Shown: piece by piece, positions 20,044 through 27,445 of the stretch
Layout: each line of letters opens with the position of its first letter
Numbering within the stretch: the first letter of the stretch is position 1
Assembly: GCA_963801355.1 (NCBI GenBank)
Contig: CAWDEM010000008.1
Location: forward strand, 160,001 to 224,000
Reading direction: 5' to 3'
Length of the DNA stretch: 64,000 nt
Source of the DNA: Ignavibacteriota bacterium
GTDB lineage: Bacteria; Bacteroidota; Ignavibacteria; UBA10030; UBA6906
The notes under the pieces: model-generated
What the model saw: the letters and a program-made list of their open reading frames with translations, nothing else
Databases searched by the model: none
What the model was told of the DNA's origin: nothing
Translations under genes and position numbers: made by a program

Positions 20044-20874
20044 CTAACGCACCAATCCAAGCTGCTTTTCCGCTTCAACCCCCGCCTCTTCGACGCTCAG
20101 GTGTGTGCGGTCAAGCCTCCCGTACATCTGTACAGGCACCATGCCCCGCGGATTGTGACGGTATTCGTCAATGCCACGGCACAGATACGTTTTGAAGTGC
20201 GGATTGATTGCAAGGTCGCACTTCACGTTGGTCTTTGAGTAGCGGATCGTGAGCCCGGCCCTTCTCATCGGAGAAGGATTGCCGGGGGAACCGTGGACGA
20301 GTTTGTCATCGTGAATAGATACCTGGCCCGCCCGCAGCGTGGCCTGGAGGGCGCCTGCTTCGCTGAACTGTCCAGGTTCGCATTCCAACTGCAGTACAGA
20401 ACTGGTTCTGTCAGGCCGTACATGCTTCAGGAGTCCTCCCCTGTGTGACCCGGGGATTACGGTCATCGCCCCGTTCTCCGTTGTGCTGTCATCGAAGGCA
20501 AGCCAGACGGTCAGGGATTCGTGGGGATGGAGAGGCCAGTAATACGCATCCTGGTGCCAGCCGACGGTGGAGAGACTGTGCGGTTCCTTGATGAAAAAGT
20601 TCGAACCCCAGAGGAAGAAATTGGGGCCGAGGAGATCCTCGACGTAGTCCAAAATGACACCGTTCATGCAAATGTCATAGAGAAAGAGACTGGTTTCATG
20701 CCACTCGCGGATTTCCTTGGACGTCTCGCCCGGCCTGAGGAGGGCCAGCAGGTTATCGAGTCCACTATTGAGTCCATCCATCTCACTGCTAGAAAATACG
20801 GGCGGGAGCGTATGCACATAGCCGTCCCCCGCAAAGGTCTTCTTTTGCTCCGGTGAAAGACGTTTGAGTGCCAT
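20044..20874 (-). CDS. Phytanoyl-CoA dioxygenase (PhyH)-family Fe(II)/2-oxoglutarate oxygenase
   Basis: WHQDAYYW, TVWLAFDD...ENG, IPGSH, LVHGS..N.S..RR; AGGAGG upstream of ATG 20874. Confidence 0.9.
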   Translation of the reverse strand: MALKRLSPEQKKTFAGDGYVHTLPPVFSSSEMDGLNSGLDNLLALLRPGETSKEIREWHETSLFLYDICMNGVILDYVEDLLGPNFFLWGSNFFIKEPHSLSTVGWHQDAYYWPLHPHESLTVWLAFDDSTTENGAMTVIPGSHRGGLLKHVRPDRTSSVLQLECEPGQFSEAGALQATLRAGQVSIHDDKLVHGSPGNPSPMRRAGLTIRYSKTNVKCDLAINPHFKTYLCRGIDEYRHNPRGMVPVQMYGRLDRTHLSVEEAGVEAEKQLGLVR

Positions 20875-21046
20875 CGTCTGAAATCCTCCTGAGTATATAA
20901 TGTATAACACGGCGAGACTCGACGAAGTTTCGCTCCTCCCGTAACCAAGTGGCCCGGAACTCATTCAGTCCTTTCTGCGTTCACAAGGATGGAGCTGCAT
21001 GCATTGACCTGCAGCCTATTCAGGAACTCGCTCAAAGGAGCCGTGT

Positions 21047-21712
21047 ATGGAGCAACGAGCACAATTTGCCGGGCGGTTATTCCGGGTTGCCATGGCCGGA
21101 CTGTTGTTTGCGCTGTCCTCGTCGACAGCGTCCAGTGCAGCAGCGGTTTACGTTGTAACCTTCGGTGGAAGCGTCGGGTTGGCGTATTCGCCGAGCGCTA
21201 TCTCAGTTTCGGTGGGGGATACCATACGATGGCAGGGGAATTTCGAGTTCCATCCTCTGAGTTCGACGACCATTCCTGCCGGCGCTGCAACCTTCGCGGT
21301 ATCGGCGGGGTCATCATTCGACTACGTTGTCCTGGTTCCCGGGGCGTATGGCTACACGTGCCAAATTCATGGACCCGCGATGAGCGGCTCGTTCAACGCA
21401 ACCGTAGCTGACGTAAGCGATGGGCCGGGGCAGCGGGAGCCGGCGGCGTACGAACTCCGGCAAAACTTCCCGAATCCGTTTAACCCGAGTACGACTATCG
21501 GGTTCACCGTGGGGGGGCAGGGATTCGGCATGGTGAATCTCACCGTGTATAATCTGATTGGTCAAGCAGTGGCGACAGTCGTGAACGGGATGCTGCCTGC
21601 GGGCCCTCACATCGTGACATTCGACGCCACCAATCTTCCGAGCGGCGTTTACGTATACAGGCTGGAGGCTGACGGCTTCAGGATGTCCAGGGCGATGGTG
21701 CTGATGCGATAA
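21047..21712 (+). CDS. Plastocyanin-like cupredoxin fused to a T9SS type A CTD
   Basis: YSPSAISVSVGDTIRW, His in FHPL, C-x2-H-x3-M (CQIHGPAM); LRQNFPNPFNPST...PSGVYVYRL. Confidence 0.82.
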   Translation: MEQRAQFAGRLFRVAMAGLLFALSSSTASSAAAVYVVTFGGSVGLAYSPSAISVSVGDTIRWQGNFEFHPLSSTTIPAGAATFAVSAGSSFDYVVLVPGAYGYTCQIHGPAMSGSFNATVADVSDGPGQREPAAYELRQNFPNPFNPSTTIGFTVGGQGFGMVNLTVYNLIGQAVATVVNGMLPAGPHIVTFDATNLPSGVYVYRLEADGFRMSRAMVLMR

Positions 21713-21736
21713 CGTTCCCCCCCCGGCACAAACAGG

Positions 21737-21768
21737 AAGGCCCCCGGGTTACAGGGGCCTTTTTTTTT
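21737..21768 (+). terminator. Rho-independent terminator
   Basis: aaggcccc-loop-ggggcctt followed by a T run, between convergent genes. Confidence 0.85.
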
Positions 21769-21786
21769 GTGTGAGGGTCCGGTTGA

Positions 21787-22194
21787 TTAGTGAACCAGCA
21801 CCACGCTATCCGCTTTGTCGTTGAAGACGTAGATGTCCATCGTTACAAAGTTGGACGCATCGGAATGCTCGGTCCCGACGCCGCGGATCACGACACCGGT
21901 TGCCGATCCGGCAGTTTGAATCGTATAGCTCCCGTTTGCATTGACGGCACGGTTGGTCAGTTTTGCCAGGCCGGTTGTACCGGTCAGACCGACAAATGAG
22001 TTCCCGCCACCGCCGAGGGCAGTCGGACGGCGATAGAACTGCTGGGCACGCGCAGCCAGGTTGACGAGGTCATTGGTGACCGCATCGCGGTTGGCATTCA
22101 CTGCGTTGTCCGTGAACATCGTGATTCCGACCGCCACTGCGATACCGACAACGATAACGCCGAGGATGATCAGAAGAAGTTGCTGCTGTCCCAT
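21787..22194 (-). CDS. Pilin-like protein (MGQQQLLL... N-terminus)
   Basis: MG-QQQ followed by a ~22-aa hydrophobic helix, an amphipathic helix and a small beta-rich domain; AAGGAG RBS. Confidence 0.55.
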   Translation of the reverse strand: MGQQQLLLIILGVIVVGIAVAVGITMFTDNAVNANRDAVTNDLVNLAARAQQFYRRPTALGGGGNSFVGLTGTTGLAKLTNRAVNANGSYTIQTAGSATGVVIRGVGTEHSDASNFVTMDIYVFNDKADSVVLVH

Positions 22195-22273
22195 GGTGTA
22201 GCTCCTTTAGTATTGTGGTGGATGTGAGTGAATGTCTGTCGTTTTGTTCTCTTACATTCGTGACGACATAAGT

Positions 22274-22290
22274 TACAACTGCTGTGCCAA
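22274..22290 (-). promoter_or_regulatory. Near-consensus sigma54 promoter for the pilin-like gene
   Basis: Minus strand TTGGCAC-AGCAG-TTGTA; the -12 element reads GT rather than GC. Confidence 0.5.
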
Positions 22291-22401
22291 TCTCCTCCCG
22301 GGTGAAATCTCCTGCGTTTTGCCATGCAACCCATGTCTCTTCGGCCGGGGGGAGGTCAAATCTACCGGTCTCAGAAAAAGTTGCATGCAAGGGCTTCCCA
22401 C

Positions 22402-22881
22402 TCATTTCACGGGCGGGAGTGCCGACAGCAGATCCTCAAGCTTCAAGAGGACCGGCCGCCCGTCCGGAGAGCTCAAAGGGCCCGTAATGAAACCCTGATC
22501 GTTCGCCATGAAGACGGTAACGACAGGGTCCTGTGCAGATCCCGCGTAGTCTCCCGTGAGTGGCAACAGCAATCGCTGCAGGGCGTATGTGCCCTGAGCG
22601 GGCGAAGCAAACTCCGTCGGTGTGTCAAACTCGAATTCCAGCGCGATTGCGCCTTTTCGAATTCCCTCGATCAGGTCTTCACCGACATGCACACGGAGCA
22701 TGTCGTTTGTTCCGGCAAACAAATTCCTCAGCAAGGCCATTGCGGTCTTCTGGTCGGCGCAGCTCACACGGTGCTCGACGGTGATCCCGTTCTTGTGGAC
22801 AAACGCTTTCATCCCTCTGGAGTCTCCTTCGCATTGAAAGAAGGTCAGGACAAGCGACAGAATCAGGAGTATGCGCGTCAT
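22402..22881 (-). CDS. Hypothetical small lipoprotein
   Basis: MTRILLILSLVLTFFQ-C; ATGA overlap with the upstream gene. Confidence 0.55.
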   Translation of the reverse strand: MTRILLILSLVLTFFQCEGDSRGMKAFVHKNGITVEHRVSCADQKTAMALLRNLFAGTNDMLRVHVGEDLIEGIRKGAIALEFEFDTPTEFASPAQGTYALQRLLLPLTGDYAGSAQDPVVTVFMANDQGFITGPLSSPDGRPVLLKLEDLLSALPPVK

Positions 22882-24941
22882 TTCACCGACACATCGTCAA
22901 TGAGGATTGCGGTGTCATACACACTGTCGCCCACATCACCGGCACGGATGATAAGCGTGATCCGCTTGCCGGCGAACGCGCTCACGTTCAGATTCGAGGT
23001 CTGCCAGCCGGTCATATACACCCCGCCTTCATCGAAGGTAATCCCGGGGGAAGCGCTGATCAGGGTGCCCGGAGATTCCTTTGTCGCTCCAAAGCTCGAC
23101 GCGATTGCGTCCACCGTCCGGCTGAGGAGAACCGTTTCGGCGCCATTCTGATCCCTGACGGCAATCTGGAAGTAGTCCTGATACTGGGAGCCGATATACT
23201 CCAGGAACTCTTCGGAGAGGAAGTTCCACTTCACGGTCAGCGTCGACTGATTTGTCTTGATGGTGAATGTCTGGAAGATGCTTCCCGTACTTGTTGTGAA
23301 GCCGAGGCCGGTGGAGATGATGCCCATGTAACTTCCCCCGGTGGGATTCACGCTGCCAAGCTGTGTGATCACGCGCCCGTCGCCGGATCTCGTCCAGCCG
23401 TCAATTTTGCCAAACTCAAAATCACCATTGATCAGAGAATCCGGATAACGGACGTCGTTGGCGCCTTTGATCTCATACACCGCGTGCTGGCTGCCCGGAT
23501 CGCTTCCCGCCATGAACGATTCGGCCGTCGTCTTGAGATCTTTGGCGAGCCGTTTCGCCAGCGTGTCGGCGTTGAGGACGCAGAAGGTGCTGCTCACGAC
23601 CTTGGTATACCCGTAGTAGGTCTTGGCACCCTTGCCGATGAAGGCGTTTTGAAGATCGGGGTTCATCGTGCTTTCACACGAATTGTTCAGGATCACCGAA
23701 TTCGAGAAGGTCCCTGTGAGGTCACTGATGAACGGGGCCCGGATGACGTACACATTGCCCTGCACCTTCACCGCCCCGGCGGTGCTGATCGTCATGTTCT
23801 TCCAGATCGCCAGTTTGCCCGCTTTGATCAGCGCTTTGTAACTGTTCTTGTAGATCACCGAGTTGGTGTCGACGAGTTCACCGGTGGCAAATTCCTTGCC
23901 TTGTGACCCGTGCGTTGCCAGGACGACAAAACCGTATGCCGTGAGGTTGTTCAACGCTGCGACCGTCGCGGCCTGGTTCGAGAGGTACGTGATGTCGAAC
24001 TGGAATCCCGAAGTTTGCAGGACGGCCTGTACTTTTCCTCCTTCATTGGCCGGCGAGAATGCCGCTTCAAAAGGCGCATAGATGAGAACGCTGCGGTTCC
24101 CGATGATCTTTGGGTCCAGATCACCTGTGGCGACGGATTTGGAAAGGGGCGCCCGGGATGTTGTCCCCACCGTCTGCCGCGCAAGAGGGATCCGGTTGCC
24201 GGTCCGGCGTGACTCGATGGCTGCGCCGCCGCGCGTCAACACCGTGCCGCTCGCATTTTCCTCGTTGATGAACAAGCCTCCGTACAGCCCCGAGGTATAC
24301 AGGATGCTGATGGAAGAGGAGCCCCCGGAGGTGATCGACTGCACTGCCGGTTTTCCCTGCAGCCATGTCTTCAATTGCGTGATTGCCGTGGCAAGGTTGG
24401 CGGGATTTCCTGCCAGGAACTGGCTCAACTTGATTGCGGCTGAATCCTGGGTCTGGACGATTGTTTGATACTCGGTCGTCGTGAGGTTGGAGTACACGCC
24501 CAACGGTGCGGCATTGGAATTTCCGGCCGGACCCTGCTTTGTGCTTGCGGTGACCCGGAGGTTCAGGGTCCCCGTAGTTGTCGCCGTGAAGGGGAAACTG
24601 TTGTTGTAGATGTTGTCGCCCTTGATGTCGTCAAAGTGCGAGAGAGATCCGTCGTCATACAGCTGGCCGAGAAGCGTCGCATTGGCCCCGGCGGCGTCCA
24701 GACTGTAGGCCTTCACTGTGGAGTCATACAACTTCACGTTGGCCGGGACGGTAAGGCGGAGCTGAATGGTTGTCGGATTGCTGACGAGCACGACATTCGG
24801 CGTCGTGCTTAGCACACCGATCGTGGCCGCCGTCTGAATTGCATCGACGGGGTTGTCGCTGTCCTTCTTGCACGATTGGAGTGTCGCCATCGACATGAGG
24901 AGCAGAACGACCGCGAGAGCAGAGTACCGTGGTGATTTCAT
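22878..24941 (-). CDS. Multidomain lipoprotein: choice-of-anchor-X-like, clan CD (caspase/gingipain-fold) peptidase-like and choice-of-anchor-L-like domains
   Basis: LQS-CKKD lipobox; LYDDG...DDIKGDNIY; FVVLATHG and VILNNSCES; WNFLSEEF...GDVGDSVYDTAILID. Confidence 0.6.
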   Translation of the reverse strand: MKSPRYSALAVVLLLMSMATLQSCKKDSDNPVDAIQTAATIGVLSTTPNVVLVSNPTTIQLRLTVPANVKLYDSTVKAYSLDAAGANATLLGQLYDDGSLSHFDDIKGDNIYNNSFPFTATTTGTLNLRVTASTKQGPAGNSNAAPLGVYSNLTTTEYQTIVQTQDSAAIKLSQFLAGNPANLATAITQLKTWLQGKPAVQSITSGGSSSISILYTSGLYGGLFINEENASGTVLTRGGAAIESRRTGNRIPLARQTVGTTSRAPLSKSVATGDLDPKIIGNRSVLIYAPFEAAFSPANEGGKVQAVLQTSGFQFDITYLSNQAATVAALNNLTAYGFVVLATHGSQGKEFATGELVDTNSVIYKNSYKALIKAGKLAIWKNMTISTAGAVKVQGNVYVIRAPFISDLTGTFSNSVILNNSCESTMNPDLQNAFIGKGAKTYYGYTKVVSSTFCVLNADTLAKRLAKDLKTTAESFMAGSDPGSQHAVYEIKGANDVRYPDSLINGDFEFGKIDGWTRSGDGRVITQLGSVNPTGGSYMGIISTGLGFTTSTGSIFQTFTIKTNQSTLTVKWNFLSEEFLEYIGSQYQDYFQIAVRDQNGAETVLLSRTVDAIASSFGATKESPGTLISASPGITFDEGGVYMTGWQTSNLNVSAFAGKRITLIIRAGDVGDSVYDTAILIDDVSVK

Positions 24942-25033
24942 CTGTGGATCTCCGTTGAACTTGTTGATGTGGGTAATCTCCGGTTTGCCGTCCATCAGGA
25001 ACGAACAGGCGCTTCGAAATTCGGTAAACGTGT

Positions 25034-25049
25034 CGCAAGCCGTATGCCA
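25034..25049 (-). promoter_or_regulatory. Consensus sigma54 (-24/-12) promoter
   Basis: Minus strand TGGCAT-ACGGC-TTGCG, ~90 nt upstream of ATG 24941. Confidence 0.7.
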
Positions 25050-25185
25050 CAGAGTGACGGGGTCATTTCCATGGACTTCACTTCAAGCTATACGATTTGT
25101 TGGTTGTGAAATGGTTAATATTAGCCAACTATCCATATAGTGCCATGGCTGCAGGCCTTTTTACACAATGAAGGAGATTTTGTCC

Positions 25186-25221
25186 TTGACAAGCCGAAAC
25201 TAATATCGTTATATTACGATA
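25186..25221 (+). promoter_or_regulatory. arsR promoter with overlapping operator palindrome
   Basis: TTGACA(25186)-18 nt-TATATT(25210); inverted repeat TATCGT-tatatt-ACGATA (25204-25221) straddles the -10. Confidence 0.7.
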
Positions 25222-25229
25222 GGACAATT

Positions 25230-25550
25230 ATGGGGATCTCCAAGAGAACATCATTCCGCGAGCGTGAGAACCGCATCGCAGATCTGGGGAAGGCGCTGGC
25301 ACATCCCGCCCGGGTAGCAATACTGGAATTCTTGGCCGGCCAGAATGTGTGTATGTGCGCTGACATCGTCGATCACATTCCGCTCTCTCAGGCCACCGTG
25401 TCGCAGCATCTCGCGGAGCTGAAACGGGTCGGACTCATCAATGGTGAAATTGATGGCCCGCGTGTGTGCTATTGCATTGACCGGAAGGCCTGGAACGAGG
25501 CGAGAGAAATGCTCACTCAATTTCTGACTGATGTCGGGGGATGTTGTTGA
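25230..25550 (+). CDS. arsR: ArsR/SmtB-family arsenic-responsive repressor
   Basis: [36 protein letters not shown]-terminal GCC; directly upstream of arsM. Confidence 0.88.
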   Translation: MGISKRTSFRERENRIADLGKALAHPARVAILEFLAGQNVCMCADIVDHIPLSQATVSQHLAELKRVGLINGEIDGPRVCYCIDRKAWNEAREMLTQFLTDVGGCC

Positions 25551-25600
25551 CGTTCGCATTTTAATGGTCCCGTTGTATATTGTGCACAGTGGAGGATACT

Positions 25601-26419
25601 ATGAAGACCGGGCAGGAATTAAAGGAGATGGTGAAAGAGAAATACAGCGCCATCGCCGACAAAGCAAAAGTTCAGAATCAGTCGTCATGTTGCGGAAGCA
25701 CCTGCGGCTGTTCGGATGTGGAATTCACGGTCATGGCAGAGGATTATGCCAGGCTTCCAGGGTATGTTCCCGAAGCGGACCTTGCTCTGGGGTGCGGGTT
25801 GCCGACTGAATTCGCACTGATTAAACCCGGCGACACCGTTGTGGATCTTGGTTCGGGTGCAGGGAACGACTGCTTCGTCGCGCGCTCGATTGCGGGCGAG
25901 AGCGGGCATATCATCGGCATTGACATGACCGACGCAATGACGGAGAAGGCCCGCGTCAATGCGGCACGCCTCGGTTTTGCCAACGTCGAATTCCGTGCCG
26001 GTGACATCGAGAAGATCCCTGTCGACGATACTGTCGCCGACGTCGTTGTGAGCAACTGCGTGATGAACCTTGTGCCCGACAAAGCTCGGGCGTTCGCCGA
26101 AACATACCGGATTATCAAACCCGGTGGCCACTTCTGCATTTCGGACATCGTGCTGCAAGGGGAGCTTCCACGGGGACTGCGCGATGAAGCCGCGCTCTAT
26201 GCAGGGTGTATTGCGGGGGCTGTGCAGAAAGACGAATACCTGAGAATTATCGGCGAGGCGGGTTTCGTACACATCCGCATCCAGAAGGAACGCAAGATCG
26301 AAGTTCCCAATGAGATTCTCGCGCGCCATCTCTCACTCGATCAGCTCCGGGAATTCAAACGGAATCGGGTGGGAATCTTCAGCGTGACGGTGTACGGCGA
26401 GCGGCCCGCGGAGAAGTAG
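25601..26419 (+). CDS. arsM: Arsenite S-adenosylmethionine methyltransferase
   Basis: N-terminal SCCG, LGCGLP, VVDLGSGAG, SNCV, GCIAGA; GGAGG RBS. Confidence 0.93.
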   Translation: MKTGQELKEMVKEKYSAIADKAKVQNQSSCCGSTCGCSDVEFTVMAEDYARLPGYVPEADLALGCGLPTEFALIKPGDTVVDLGSGAGNDCFVARSIAGESGHIIGIDMTDAMTEKARVNAARLGFANVEFRAGDIEKIPVDDTVADVVVSNCVMNLVPDKARAFAETYRIIKPGGHFCISDIVLQGELPRGLRDEAALYAGCIAGAVQKDEYLRIIGEAGFVHIRIQKERKIEVPNEILARHLSLDQLREFKRNRVGIFSVTVYGERPAEK

Positions 26420-26501
26420 GGGCGTCACGGTCTGCCTGTGTGCGGCCGCTTCTGCGGTATTGCGTTTCCATCGTTCATCCGCACTTCATGGAGTCACATC
26501 G

Positions 26502-27248
26502 ATGCATCCAGTCAACAAAATCCTGCACCCGGTAGGACTACGGTTAACCCGCGCACTGGAGGCCGTGAAGATCCCGCGGGAATTCGAACGGCGCTACTCA
26601 CAGCAGCTGCACGCATTGAAAAACGGCGGCGGGAGATTCAGGGTGTTCAAGGAGTTCCGGTATGACGCCGGGACCCACCCTGCTTCGTACATGGACTATG
26701 AGTGCGAGTTTGCCGCCAGGCATCTCGCAGCGTGCAACCCGGCGGCTGTTCTCGATATCGGTTCGTACCGTCTCTTCGTCATCGGCATGCTGTCGGGCTA
26801 CAAAGTAACGACACTGGATGTCCGCCCCAGGCAATCTGCCCTGGCCAATGAAACCATCGTCACCTCCGACGCCAAGAAACTCGAAATTCCCTCCGGCGCT
26901 TTTGACATGGTGGTCTCCCTCTGCACGCTCGAGCATTTCGGTCTGGGACGGTATGGCGACGACATCGATATGGAGGCCGACAGGAAAGCGTTTGAGGAAA
27001 TGATGAGAGTCCTTAAACCCGGCGGGACGTTGGTCTTTTCCACCACGATCACGCGAGCCGCCCCCCAAATTGCCTTCAATTCCCACCGGATTTACGATCA
27101 TGCCATGATCAGATCATTTTGTGACAAGCTGCAGTGCGTCGACGAGGGCTTCTTTAGCAACGATTTGGGCACCGGATGCGACCTCGAGCGCGTGACCGAC
27201 ACGCCCGCCGCATGCGATGTCTACTGCGGGTGCTGGAGAAAGCCATAG
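26502..27248 (+). CDS. Class I SAM-dependent methyltransferase (DUF268-like)
   Basis: VLDIGS, LDVRP, SLCTLEHFGLGRYGD, RVLKPGG, FNSHRIY. Confidence 0.75.
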   Translation: MHPVNKILHPVGLRLTRALEAVKIPREFERRYSQQLHALKNGGGRFRVFKEFRYDAGTHPASYMDYECEFAARHLAACNPAAVLDIGSYRLFVIGMLSGYKVTTLDVRPRQSALANETIVTSDAKKLEIPSGAFDMVVSLCTLEHFGLGRYGDDIDMEADRKAFEEMMRVLKPGGTLVFSTTITRAAPQIAFNSHRIYDHAMIRSFCDKLQCVDEGFFSNDLGTGCDLERVTDTPAACDVYCGCWRKP

Positions 27249-27255
27249 ATTTCCC

Positions 27256-27284
27256 TTGACAAATCGATATTCCTGCCCTATATT
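27256..27284 (+). promoter_or_regulatory. Sigma70 promoter of the glycan-utilisation operon
   Basis: TTGACA(27256-27261)-17 nt-TATATT(27279-27284). Confidence 0.85.
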
Positions 27285-27288
27285 TCCA

Positions 27289-27302
27289 TGTAAACGTTTA
27301 CA
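27289..27302. promoter_or_regulatory. LacI-family operator 1
   Basis: Perfect palindrome TGTAAACGTTTACA with central CG, over the expected transcription start. Confidence 0.88.
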
Positions 27303-27321
27303 ATTCTTCGTATCAGGATGA

Positions 27322-27335
27322 TGTAAACGTTTACA
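27322..27335. promoter_or_regulatory. LacI-family operator 2
   Basis: Identical TGTAAACGTTTACA 33 bp downstream of operator 1. Confidence 0.88.
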
Positions 27336-27445
27336 GATGTTTTTCGCTCGTTGTCAACGATACCTTCCTGCAGCGAGCTTCTTCAATTTCAGAGCTGGTT
27401 AATAGTCCACCTAACACCATCACCACACAATCAACAGAGGTCTTT

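Noticed and set aside
21047-22194. Cupredoxin plus pilin-like gene as a conductive-pilus electron-transfer unit
   Set aside because: The genes are convergent and separated by a terminator, the pilin-like helix lacks the aromatic pattern of e-pilins, and there are no multiheme cytochromes nearby.
27336-27445. Long 5' leader as a possible riboswitch
   Set aside because: No recognisable aptamer consensus or terminator; the two operators already explain regulation.
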